A stretch of 64,000 nt of DNA from an uncultured Gammaproteobacteria bacterium (lineage in GTDB: Bacteria > Patescibacteriota > Microgenomatia > UBA1406 > GWC2-37-13). Within the stretch, counting starts at the first letter, position 1. Each line of letters opens with the position of its first letter. The notes beneath the pieces were generated by a model. The model did no database searches. It saw only the letters and a list, made by a program, of their open reading frames with translations, and had not been told where the DNA came from. Location of the stretch: positions 54,955-118,954 of the forward strand of contig CAZAUL010000001.1 of NCBI GenBank assembly GCA_964488545.1, given 5' to 3'. The translations under genes were made by a program, and so were the position numbers. Positions 37,197-46,302 of the stretch are shown here, in pieces.

Positions 37197-38156
37197 ATGA
37201 AAAAAATTACAGTGCTAGGTGGAGGAACGGGAACATTTGTAGTTCTCAGCGGTTTAAAACAGTTTGATGTTGATTTAGGAGCGGTTGTAACCATGACTGA
37301 CTCCGGAGGATCAACAGGTAAGCTTCGCGTACAGTTGGGTGTGCTTCCGCCGGGTGACCTCAGACAGTGTTTTGTAGCACTCTCTGAAGCGCCTGACCTA
37401 TGGAGAAAATTATTTTTATATCGTTTTGAAAACGGAGATTTTGAGGGGCATAATTTTGGCAATATTTTTATGTCAGCCCTAGAAAAAGTTAGCCCTTCGT
37501 ATGACGATGTACTCAGCACCGTAAAGTTTGTTCTTAAGTCCAAGGGTGATGTGTTTCCTGTTACTCACGAAACAACCCACTTGTGCGTAGAGTACGAGAA
37601 TGGCAAGGTATTAAAGGGGGAAGGTCACATAGATGAAAACCAAATGGAACAATCACGTATTAAGAAGGCCTTTTTAGATCCAGAAGTTGATGCACACAGT
37701 GCCGCAGTTGACCGGATTTTAAGCTCAGATATTGTTGTAATTGGTCCTGGCGATTTATATACCAGCATAATTCCCGTTCTGCTTCCGCGCGGAGTACAGA
37801 AGGCTATTCAAGAAACAAAGGCAAAGCTTGTTTATATTGTGAACTTGATGACAAAATCAGGACAGACGGTAAACTATACGGCAGGTGACCATGTGAAAGA
37901 CCTAGAAAACTATACGGGGAGAAAAATGGATGTCATAGTTGCTCACAATGGACCCATTGAAGAGCGAATACTTGATTGGTATGAAGATCATCATGAACAC
38001 CCGGTCGTCGATGACCTAGGTTCTGACTCACGCGTTGTGCGTGCTTTTGTCGCAGATAATACCACAGTTGAAAAAAACAAAGGCGATGTACTTACACGAA
38101 GTATTCTCCGCCACGACAGCAATAAGCTAGCTGCAGTTATTAAAGAATTGGCATAA
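37197..38156 (+). CDS. yvcK: YvcK/CofD-family gluconeogenesis/cell-shape factor
   Basis: VLGGGTGTFVVLSGL, DSGGSTGKLR, GPGDLYTSI. Confidence 0.8.
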   Translation: MKKITVLGGGTGTFVVLSGLKQFDVDLGAVVTMTDSGGSTGKLRVQLGVLPPGDLRQCFVALSEAPDLWRKLFLYRFENGDFEGHNFGNIFMSALEKVSPSYDDVLSTVKFVLKSKGDVFPVTHETTHLCVEYENGKVLKGEGHIDENQMEQSRIKKAFLDPEVDAHSAAVDRILSSDIVVIGPGDLYTSIIPVLLPRGVQKAIQETKAKLVYIVNLMTKSGQTVNYTAGDHVKDLENYTGRKMDVIVAHNGPIEERILDWYEDHHEHPVVDDLGSDSRVVRAFVADNTTVEKNKGDVLTRSILRHDSNKLAAVIKELA

Positions 38157-38165
38157 TAAACATAT

Positions 38166-38525
38166 ATGTTACGAAAACACACAATTTCATTTAAACACGC
38201 ATGGGATGGTTTGACTGCTGCATTTCGCACCCAGCCCAACTATCGGATTCACGGCTTTTTTTCGTTAATGGCTCTTATCGGGGCTTGGTACTTTACCATT
38301 AGTTATGCAGAACTTCTCATCATTTTGGTACTCATTACCGTTGGTATTGCTTTTGAAACCGTCAACACCGCCATTGAAGAAACATGTGATGCAATTGACG
38401 AGACTATCCGACCTGATATAAAAATTGCAAAAGATTCGGCGGCTGGAGCAATGCTTGTTATTGCTATTGGATCGGTGATAATTGCTGGAATTATATTTGT
38501 ACCTCGTATTATTGCACTTTTTTAA
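38166..38525 (+). CDS. dgkA: Diacylglycerol/undecaprenol kinase (DgkA family)
   Basis: 119 aa, 3 TM helices, ETVNTAIEETCD motif. Confidence 0.75.
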   Translation: MLRKHTISFKHAWDGLTAAFRTQPNYRIHGFFSLMALIGAWYFTISYAELLIILVLITVGIAFETVNTAIEETCDAIDETIRPDIKIAKDSAAGAMLVIAIGSVIIAGIIFVPRIIALF

Positions 38526-38528
38526 TCT

Positions 38529-39566
38529 ATGGGTTTCTATCTTTTTTCAACTATCTTTGCGTTTGTAACAACTTTTGCTTTGTTTGTGCCATTTATCAAC
38601 CTTCTGTATAAGAAAAAAATGCAAAGAAGAGAACAGTCTACACGAGACGCATTTGATAATCCTACTCCCATTTTTGACAAGCTCCATAACCACAAACAGG
38701 GTACGCCCGTAGGCGGAGGAATACTTGTTATTCTCACCACGGTTTTTATTTTTGCTCTTTTTTTAACGATATTCTTTTTATTTCGTAAGCCTGTTCAAGC
38801 CAACTATCCTGCAATCAGTTCGGAGATAAAAATTATTTTATTTACTTTTGTTGGGTTTGCTTTTTTAGGAGTATACGATGATTTTGCAAAAATATTTCAC
38901 TGGGATAAAACTCAATTTTTTGGTTTAAGAATGCGACACAAACTAATACTCGAGATAGTAATCGCATTTGTAAGTTCTTTTTGGCTATATAATGAGCTAA
39001 AAATTGACATAATACACATTCCTTTTTTTGGTGTGTTTACTTTAGATTTTTGGTATATACCTTTTGCAGTCTTTGTAATCGTTGCATTTTCAAATGCCAT
39101 CAATATTACTGACGGACTGGATGGTCTTGCATCTGGACTTCTCCTTTTTTCGTTAATTGCCTTCTGGGCAATTGCACGATCTATTATTGATTTTCCATCT
39201 GCTCTTTTTATTGGTGTATGGATAGGTAGTTTGCTTGCATTTTTATACTTCAATATTTATCCGGCCCGCATTATGCTTGGCGATAGTGGAGCTCTTGCCT
39301 TTGGCGCCACGTTTGCTGTAATAGGGCTTATTTTAGGAAAAGCATTTGCACTTCCCATAATAGGAGGTGTATTTGTAGTTGAGATAGCGACTTCGCTTTT
39401 TCAGCTGTTGAGCAAAAAATACCGCAAGAAAAAACTATTTGCAGTTGCTCCGCTTCACTTGCTACTTCAGCATAAGGGGTGGGAAGAGCCTAAAGTAGTA
39501 ATGAGAATGTGGGTGCTCGGCATACTTTTTGCTGTTTTCGGCCTCATGATAGCTTTCATGAAATAA
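38529..39566 (+). CDS. mraY: Phospho-N-acetylmuramoyl-pentapeptide transferase MraY
   Basis: NAINITDGLDGLA, VGFAFLGVYDD, GDSGALAFG, APLHLLLQHKGW. Confidence 0.95.
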   Translation: MGFYLFSTIFAFVTTFALFVPFINLLYKKKMQRREQSTRDAFDNPTPIFDKLHNHKQGTPVGGGILVILTTVFIFALFLTIFFLFRKPVQANYPAISSEIKIILFTFVGFAFLGVYDDFAKIFHWDKTQFFGLRMRHKLILEIVIAFVSSFWLYNELKIDIIHIPFFGVFTLDFWYIPFAVFVIVAFSNAINITDGLDGLASGLLLFSLIAFWAIARSIIDFPSALFIGVWIGSLLAFLYFNIYPARIMLGDSGALAFGATFAVIGLILGKAFALPIIGGVFVVEIATSLFQLLSKKYRKKKLFAVAPLHLLLQHKGWEEPKVVMRMWVLGILFAVFGLMIAFMK

Positions 39567-39572
39567 ATCTAC

Positions 39573-39601
39573 TTGAGAATTATACTAACCTATAGTATAA
39601 T
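39573..39601 (+). promoter_or_regulatory. Near-consensus promoter TTGAGA-17-TATAAT, 5 nt from the ATG of the orphan gene; overlaps a 9-bp-stem hairpin (ATTATACTA-5 nt-TAGTATAAT)
   Basis: Read directly from the sequence. Lies inside the dcw cluster immediately after the mraY stop. Confidence 0.5.
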
Positions 39602-39606
39602 AAGCC

Positions 39607-40533
39607 ATGACGCATGCATCCGAAGTGATGGCAACGGCCGCACTTGCACACACAATCAACTCCCCTCAATCGCTGCAATTTTTAAAAAAGGTTTTTCCTG
39701 GACATCAAGTTGGCGCCGGTATCGAGGTTAAAGGCCCTGCTATAATGATTCGCGGACTCGAAAAGCCCGGCAACCTGACCATTGTGTTTGATGAAAATAA
39801 AAATACACTCCCAAGAGAAATTAGATTTGAAGAACCAATTTACGCAGGTAATCAAAGAGTAGGTCAACGTGAATTTCAAATAACCGGGTCTTATATATAT
39901 TGCAGAACATCAGGTGAAAGGCGACTTATTGCAAATACCTACTCACAAGAAGGATACTGGACGTTAAAAAGGGAAGGAGAAAATCAATTTTTAATAGACG
40001 CCAATCTACCCTATTTCTATAAAAGTGGACCCCTTGCTCCAGTTGATTCATATAAAAATATCATTATATCGGGTGATACTAAAGATGCCATGATTACTCT
40101 TACAAATGAAAATGTACGAGCATTAAAACAAAATGGTTTTGATCTCAATTTACTTGATGTTGTAGATGTTTTAAGTAATAGAAATGGACTTCTCGATAAA
40201 GCAAAAAACATTACACCAGCACTTATGGGTGCAACATTTGGTGCAGAGTTTGGATTGATGTTTCAACATATGACAGAGGAGTTGGCCGTCTCAAGTCCAG
40301 TAGTGCAGATGGGCGAAGTTGCATCCGTATTACTTTTTTTTCACTCTCTTTTCGGCATGATGAGAGCAGGGCTAAACAATACACTTAATACAACTAATAG
40401 CGATAAATGGGCTGAGGTTTTTGCAATTCGACACAGAAATATAGGACTCCTCGCATATGCGGCCCTAAACAGCATGATTGTTCAACCAGCTGCTCAGCTT
40501 CGACGTAGTATTGGTATGAAAAGTGGGAAATAA
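39607..40533 (+). CDS. Orphan hypothetical protein
   Basis: 308-aa ORF with no motif I recognise and a moderately hydrophobic C-terminal third. Confidence 0.55.
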   Translation: MTHASEVMATAALAHTINSPQSLQFLKKVFPGHQVGAGIEVKGPAIMIRGLEKPGNLTIVFDENKNTLPREIRFEEPIYAGNQRVGQREFQITGSYIYCRTSGERRLIANTYSQEGYWTLKREGENQFLIDANLPYFYKSGPLAPVDSYKNIIISGDTKDAMITLTNENVRALKQNGFDLNLLDVVDVLSNRNGLLDKAKNITPALMGATFGAEFGLMFQHMTEELAVSSPVVQMGEVASVLLFFHSLFGMMRAGLNNTLNTTNSDKWAEVFAIRHRNIGLLAYAALNSMIVQPAAQLRRSIGMKSGK

Positions 40534-40574
40534 CACGATATACTTAAATCGTTATCAAGTTATTACCTCTACTT

Positions 40575-41318
40575 ATGGAATTCTTTTTTGTGCCGGGTCT
40601 GATATTTCTGGTTATTTTTATCATCAAGTTTTTTCGCGTAATCCCTGAGGGGTACAAAGGCCTTGTGCTTTTTTTGGGTAAATATACGCGCACAATAGAA
40701 CCGGGACTTAACATTGTTCTCGTTCCGTTTGAAACTGTGTCAATGGTGGACATTCGTGAACAAGTTATGGATATCCCAACACAAGAAGCAATAACTGGAG
40801 ACAATGTGTCATGTATGGTAGATGGAATTGTTCGATTTAAAGTAGTTAATCCCTCAATTGCTATTTTTAAAGTACAAGACTTTAGCTCACAAATTTCTGC
40901 AAAAGCACAAACTGCACTTCGAGATGTTATCGGGAGTATCACACTCGATGAAGTTCTCTCAAAGCGAGCTCAAATTGCAGGACATATCAAGTCAATTGTC
41001 GATGAAGCAGCGGAGCAGTGGGGAGTAGATATATTGGCGATTGAAATACAAAACATTGAAATACCTGCCGATATGAAACGAGCAATGGCACAGCAAGCAG
41101 AGGCTGAGCGTGACAAGAAAGCACGTATTATCAAGGCTGAGGGTGAAAAGGAAGCAGCGGTTAAACTTGCTGAAGCAGCACAGGTACTATCAAATGCAAA
41201 AGGAGCGCTTGAACTGCGTACTTTGCAAACGCTGAAAGAAATATCCGCAGATCCATCCGAAAAAATAATTATGACTCTTCCGAATACTTTTTTTGAAGCA
41301 TTTGGGTCAAAAAAATAA
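40575..41318 (+). CDS. SPFH/Band-7 (stomatin/slipin-like) membrane protein
   Basis: N-terminal TM helix, RVIPEGYKGLVLFLGKY, and ALRDVIGSITLDEVLSKR followed by an EA-rich coiled coil. Confidence 0.9.
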   Translation: MEFFFVPGLIFLVIFIIKFFRVIPEGYKGLVLFLGKYTRTIEPGLNIVLVPFETVSMVDIREQVMDIPTQEAITGDNVSCMVDGIVRFKVVNPSIAIFKVQDFSSQISAKAQTALRDVIGSITLDEVLSKRAQIAGHIKSIVDEAAEQWGVDILAIEIQNIEIPADMKRAMAQQAEAERDKKARIIKAEGEKEAAVKLAEAAQVLSNAKGALELRTLQTLKEISADPSEKIIMTLPNTFFEAFGSKK

Positions 41319-41324
41319 CACACA

Positions 41325-41981
41325 ATGAGAAAGTGTCGCATTCAGATAGCATTTAACTCATCGCTTACCGATGTATACTCGGTACTTCGTCGCATACCAG
41401 CATCCCAAAATATTATTATTGAGGCCGGAACTCCTCTTATTAAACAGTATGGTATTCAGGTAGTGTCTCAAATACGTCAAATATGGGGTGGCGAACTCTG
41501 TGCAGATATGAAAATAATTGACGGTGCAGTTGCCGAAGTTGAAATGGCCGCACGTGCAGGAGCAACATCGGTGACAGCTATGGGAAGTGCAAGCAAAGAA
41601 ACACTCACGCTTTTTGTTTCAGCATGCAAAAAAAATAATGTAACTTCAATTGTTGATATGATGAATATTTCCAATCCAATGCGTACATTATGGAAAAATG
41701 GAGTTGTACCCGACTCGGTATTTATCCATAGAGGCCGCGACGAGGAAAATGCGTACGGCAAAATACTCCAGTACAAAGAAATCGCAAAAATAAAAGGCAA
41801 GTGGGAGGTAGCTATGGGCGCCGCGGGTGGTATTGACACCAGAGAGTTTCAATCCGCTCTTTTTAATGGGTCCGACATAGTTGTTGTCAATGTAGTTTCG
41901 AAGGGAAGTCTGTGGAAAGGAATTGTCTTTGACGACGACTTTACAACCTCACTTGATCAATTTCTCAAATTTGTACAGTGA
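41325..41981 (+). CDS. OMP-decarboxylase-fold protein, 3-hexulose-6-phosphate synthase/KGPDC-like
   Basis: IIEAGTPLIKQYG and CADMKIIDGAVAEVEMAARAGA resemble the HPS motifs IIEVGTPLIK and ADLKTMDAG. Confidence 0.55.
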   Translation: MRKCRIQIAFNSSLTDVYSVLRRIPASQNIIIEAGTPLIKQYGIQVVSQIRQIWGGELCADMKIIDGAVAEVEMAARAGATSVTAMGSASKETLTLFVSACKKNNVTSIVDMMNISNPMRTLWKNGVVPDSVFIHRGRDEENAYGKILQYKEIAKIKGKWEVAMGAAGGIDTREFQSALFNGSDIVVVNVVSKGSLWKGIVFDDDFTTSLDQFLKFVQ

Positions 41982-41982
41982 T

Positions 41983-42681
41983 ATGAAAAAAGTGCAAAAC
42001 GAATCGCTGTTTGAAATTCCAGAAAAAAAGAAAAAAACATGGCTATCTCATTCGGGCATTGAAGGCGTCAATAGGTGTAAGCGTTGTTTTTATCTGCAAT
42101 ATACACAAAAAATATATCAACCTGAAGGCATACAATCGCGACTCGCAAACCGGTTTGATGCCGTATTAAAAACTCACTTTGATAGTTTTAGAAAAGGTGG
42201 TACATTGCCCGCCATATTATCCGATCTCAAAGGGTCGCTTCAAAATCCATTCAAAGAAACGTACTTCCACTCAGTAAATGAAAATTACGGTTTTTTTGGC
42301 AAGCTTGACGAATGTTTGGTAGATCCAAATGGATTTCATATTCCAATCGACTTTAAGACCTCAAGCAGTGATCCCAGGGAAAAAGATATACTCGATGCCT
42401 ATCGCCACCAAGTAGATGCATATGTATACCTCTTGAAAAAAAACAGAAAACCTGTTGCAGGGTACGGATATCTCATCTTCTTTTATCCAGACCTTGTTCA
42501 TGATATGAAGAATGGGTTTCCTATGGTAACACACATTGTAAAGGTAGAAGCAGATACTACACGAGTAGACGAACGAATAACTACGGCTATAGAGGTGCTT
42601 AAAGGGCCACTTCCTGCAAGCTCTGACGGCTGTCCTTTTTGTGCCTGGTTTGCAAAAGTAAAACCATTTCATGGGGTATAA
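41983..42681 (+). CDS. PD-(D/E)XK nuclease (Cas4/RecB-like) with 2+2 cysteine pairs
   Basis: N-terminal CKRC, core IPIDFKTSS ((D/E)xK), YRHQVDAYVYLL (QxxxY), and C-terminal CPFC. ATG at 41983 is preferred to the overlapping track start. Confidence 0.6.
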   Translation: MKKVQNESLFEIPEKKKKTWLSHSGIEGVNRCKRCFYLQYTQKIYQPEGIQSRLANRFDAVLKTHFDSFRKGGTLPAILSDLKGSLQNPFKETYFHSVNENYGFFGKLDECLVDPNGFHIPIDFKTSSSDPREKDILDAYRHQVDAYVYLLKKNRKPVAGYGYLIFFYPDLVHDMKNGFPMVTHIVKVEADTTRVDERITTAIEVLKGPLPASSDGCPFCAWFAKVKPFHGV

Positions 42682-42688
42682 TTGAGTA

Positions 42689-43906
42689 ATGGCACCATTT
42701 GAGTTTGTTCGTCACACCATAGAGTCTGATTTACGCACCATAGTGTTCATCTACCGCTTGGAGGGTAACGAGTATTCTCAAACAGTTACACTCCCGACTC
42801 CAATTGACTCGAGCAAACGCACGTCGCTTTTAGAGCGCATATTACACAATCTTCACATTGCACTCGGAATTTCGTATTGGAAAGCAACATGCTCACCCGA
42901 TATTAAAATAGTATGGGGAACTCTCACTAAATCAGAAGCGGATTTTTGGAACAGTGTTTATACCCATGGATTGGGTGAGTTTTATTACAGGAACAATATA
43001 GATTTTCGCAATCTTGTCAACTTTCCCTATTCAGAAGTTAACCATTCCCTACAGCCGGTTCAACTACCAGCCCATAAACGCGAACTCATTGGTATAGGCG
43101 GGGGTAAAGACTCTGTAGTTGTGTGGGAACGATTCAAAAGGGCTAATAAAAATATAATGGGCCTTGTTATTCACACCCAGCATAGACATGCAATTATCGA
43201 TAGTCTTACCTCAACCATGCATATACCCGCAATTAACGTTGAGCGGGGTATGGATGAGCGTTTTGTGAAGGCTTCAACTGCATGGAAGTATAACGGACAC
43301 GTACCTGTATCAATGATATATGCATGGATAGGGGTACTTAGCGCATATCTTTTTGACTATGACTCGTTTGTAGTTTCAAACGAGAAAAGTGCTGAAGAGG
43401 CAAATACCGAGCTATTTGGAATGCGCATTAATCACCAGTGGAGCAAAACACAGGAGTTTGAGAGTTTGTTTAATGAGTATGTCCATTCACACATTACTCC
43501 CAGTATCTACTATTATTCACCTCTCAGAGAAAAGTCAGAGCTACAGATTGTTGAAGAACTCGTAACTAAATATCCCCAGTATCTTCCCCATATAGCAAGC
43601 TGTAACAGAAATTTTTCCATACTAAACCCTCTCAAAGATAGAAAGTGGTGTGGCACGTGTCCAAAATGTGCATTTGCATTTCTTATGCTTTCGGCCTATC
43701 TCCCAAAACAGAAAGTAATTGATCTATTCGGAAAAAATATGTTAGAAGACCCATCACTCGCTTCTTTATTTTTCGATCTAGGGGGCCGCGGAGGATTAAA
43801 ACCTTTTGAATGTGTTGGGACATTCGCCGAGGTGCAAGACGCCCTTAAAATGATTGTAGCCAAAGGTGAATTTATAATTCCGGAAGATCTAGTGATGAAT
43901 CAATAA
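42689..43906 (+). CDS. PP-loop (adenine-nucleotide alpha-hydrolase) superfamily protein; candidate MurL-type UDP-MurNAc-L-Ala-L-Glu epimerase
   Basis: GIGGGKDSVVV PP-loop-like motif and a QueC-like C...CGTCPKC cysteine cluster. Sits immediately upstream of murD. The MurL assignment is inferred from context only. Confidence 0.45.
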   Translation: MAPFEFVRHTIESDLRTIVFIYRLEGNEYSQTVTLPTPIDSSKRTSLLERILHNLHIALGISYWKATCSPDIKIVWGTLTKSEADFWNSVYTHGLGEFYYRNNIDFRNLVNFPYSEVNHSLQPVQLPAHKRELIGIGGGKDSVVVWERFKRANKNIMGLVIHTQHRHAIIDSLTSTMHIPAINVERGMDERFVKASTAWKYNGHVPVSMIYAWIGVLSAYLFDYDSFVVSNEKSAEEANTELFGMRINHQWSKTQEFESLFNEYVHSHITPSIYYYSPLREKSELQIVEELVTKYPQYLPHIASCNRNFSILNPLKDRKWCGTCPKCAFAFLMLSAYLPKQKVIDLFGKNMLEDPSLASLFFDLGGRGGLKPFECVGTFAEVQDALKMIVAKGEFIIPEDLVMNQ

Positions 43907-43984
43907 TTTTAAAATCATAAATTTCAATTTATATTGAAAGAAATAATAAATTAAAATTGAGAATTTTAAATTAACAATGTATTT

Positions 43985-45220
43985 ATGACACTTTCAGAAC
44001 TAAAGGAGTATCGACGTATATTAATCCTTGGTTATGGCAAGGAAGGGAAGTCGACAGAGCAGTTTTTAAAAAAACATCACCCAGATGCGGTGATATTAAT
44101 TGCAGATCAGTCGGAAGGACCTGGCTATTTAGCTAAACAAAAAGAAGCTGATTTGGTAGTTCGTTCACCAGGGGTACGGGTAGAACTCATGTCGCAGAAA
44201 TGGACAACGGCAACAAATATTTTTTTTCATATGTTCCCCGGAAAAATTGTTGGGGTGACAGGCACAAAAGGCAAAAGCACAACAGCAAGCCTTACCTATG
44301 CAATGCTCTCAGCCCATTATCCTGATGTTCGTCTTGTTGGTAATATAGGGCGACCAATGTTGGATGCACTGGATGCGGCTACAAAGGACACCATTGCGGT
44401 AGTAGAATTATCAAGCTACCAGCTTACTGACTTATATTCTTCACCCCATATAAGTTTAGTAGTCAATTGGTTTCCAGAACATAAAGACTTTCATGGATCA
44501 TTTGATTCGTATAAGCGGGCAAAGCAGAATGCGGTTTTTTTTCAGAATGAAACGGATTACTTTGTATATGATCCTAAAGAAAAGGAAGTTGCAGGATGGT
44601 CAACTCTCACCAAAGCAAAAAAAGTAGAATATACTGAAGACTTTCCATTCGATAGCAACAAGATACCACTCCTTGGCGCACATAATAAACGAAATATTCA
44701 GGGTGCCCTCACAGTTGCACGTTTACTTGAAGTGCCGGATGCACAATCTGCAGTTGCAGTGTATTCATTTCGACCACTCCCTCATAGACTGCAAAACGTG
44801 GGGACGGTAAACGGTGTAACATTTTATGACGACGCAATATCCACAACACCAGAGTCAACCATTGCCGCACTTGAAAGTCTAGCAAAAGTAGATGTGCTGT
44901 TACTTGGTGGGCAGGATAGAGGGTATGACTTTACCCATCTTGTAGACAAACTTGTAGAAAAGCAAGTTTCTGCAGTGGTACTTTTTCCAGAGACTGGAGG
45001 TCGTATAAAATTCGATATTCAAAAAAGAGAAGATTACTCCCCCGTTATTCTGCAGACCGAAGACATGAATGAAGCTGTGCAATTTGGATACTCGCACACG
45101 TCAAAGGGAGGAATTTGTTTATTATCAACTGCCTCACCAAGTTACAGCCTGTGGAAAAATTTTGAAGAAAAAGGAGATTTGTTTCAAAAGGCGGTGAGAC
45201 AACTTACCGCAAAACAATGA
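43985..45220 (+). CDS. murD: UDP-N-acetylmuramoyl-L-alanine--glutamate ligase (MurD or MurD2-type)
   Basis: ILGYGKEG Rossmann fold, VGVTGTKGKSTT P-loop, and its dcw position. Confidence 0.9.
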   Translation: MTLSELKEYRRILILGYGKEGKSTEQFLKKHHPDAVILIADQSEGPGYLAKQKEADLVVRSPGVRVELMSQKWTTATNIFFHMFPGKIVGVTGTKGKSTTASLTYAMLSAHYPDVRLVGNIGRPMLDALDAATKDTIAVVELSSYQLTDLYSSPHISLVVNWFPEHKDFHGSFDSYKRAKQNAVFFQNETDYFVYDPKEKEVAGWSTLTKAKKVEYTEDFPFDSNKIPLLGAHNKRNIQGALTVARLLEVPDAQSAVAVYSFRPLPHRLQNVGTVNGVTFYDDAISTTPESTIAALESLAKVDVLLLGGQDRGYDFTHLVDKLVEKQVSAVVLFPETGGRIKFDIQKREDYSPVILQTEDMNEAVQFGYSHTSKGGICLLSTASPSYSLWKNFEEKGDLFQKAVRQLTAKQ

Positions 45221-46284
45221 AACGTAAAAAAATCCTCACAACCCTATACACACTTCCCATATTGCTTTCGATAGCTGGACTTTTTTTTGTGTTTGAAGCT
45301 TCATACATTCGCGCATTTAATGACTTTGGTGACAGTTTTCATTACTTAAAAGTACAGGCAGTTTGGATTCTTTTGGGTACAGCTGTTATGGTTGTTCTAT
45401 CGGTGCTCAACTATCATAAGTGGTATTATTTTGCTTTTTATCTCATGCTGGGTGCGCTGATACTTCTTTTTTTAGTATTGATCCCTGGCCTGGGAACAAA
45501 GGTTGGCGGCGCGCGGAGATGGATATTTGGCTTTCAGCCCTCAGAAATGGCAAAGTTTGCAACCATAATCTATCTTTCATCCTGGTTTCTCACCAAGGAG
45601 AGGAAGCGATTTTTTTCATTTGCAATACTTCTGGGACTCCTTATGTTTCTCATTCTTTTGCAACCCGACATGGGTACTGCAACAGTCATTTTTGGGATCA
45701 GTGTAATTGTTTATTTTTTAGCAGGTGTAGAGTTGAAGTATCTGCTTTTTTTAATCCCGATTGCCGCCACTAGTTTTGCAGTACTTGCCCAATTAGCGCC
45801 TTACAGACTCCGCAGACTTATAGCTTTTTTTGATCCAAGCGCAGACCCGCTTGGTATTACTTACCACATTAATCAGATAACCATTTCACTCGCAAACGGC
45901 GGCATATTTGGACAAGGTTTTGGCGCATCCAAACAAAAACATCTCTACTTACCAGAGGCGCACACTGACTCTATTTTTGCTATCGTGGGAGAGGAGTTGG
46001 GATTTTTAGGGAGTACTATCTTTATAGGTGCGTTTATTTTTTTAATTCTTTACATTTTTAGAATCGCTGAAAAAGCTCCTGATCGATTTGGCAGACTTCT
46101 TGCGGGGAGTATTTTTGGTTTTTTTGGACTTCAGACGCTCGTAAATCTAGGAAGTATGGTACACATAATTCCACTTACCGGTGTTCCGCTCCCTTTTATT
46201 TCATATGGTGGTACCAATCTACTGTTGTGCTTTTCATTGATGGGGATTTTGATAAATATTGCCAAACAGACAAGAATAGAGTAG
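45217..46284 (+). CDS. ftsW: SEDS peptidoglycan glycosyltransferase FtsW
   Basis: FQPSEMAKF, LQPDMGT, LPEAHTDSIFA, and PLPFISYGGTN. Sits between murD and murG. Confidence 0.9.
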   Translation: MKRKKILTTLYTLPILLSIAGLFFVFEASYIRAFNDFGDSFHYLKVQAVWILLGTAVMVVLSVLNYHKWYYFAFYLMLGALILLFLVLIPGLGTKVGGARRWIFGFQPSEMAKFATIIYLSSWFLTKERKRFFSFAILLGLLMFLILLQPDMGTATVIFGISVIVYFLAGVELKYLLFLIPIAATSFAVLAQLAPYRLRRLIAFFDPSADPLGITYHINQITISLANGGIFGQGFGASKQKHLYLPEAHTDSIFAIVGEELGFLGSTIFIGAFIFLILYIFRIAEKAPDRFGRLLAGSIFGFFGLQTLVNLGSMVHIIPLTGVPLPFISYGGTNLLLCFSLMGILINIAKQTRIE

Positions 46285-46302
46285 ATTACATATGAAGATT
46301 CT

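Noticed and set aside
41979-41981. Possible alternative genetic code (UGA recoding, as in some CPR lineages).
   Set aside because: Conserved genes end at TGA at the expected lengths (for example 41979..41981, 28238..28240 and 30184..30186). All housekeeping ORFs are intact under the standard code.
39567-43906. The dcw insert as a genomic island or prophage remnant.
   Set aside because: No integrase, transposase, tRNA target, or flanking direct or inverted repeats are visible. It is kept only as a synteny anomaly.
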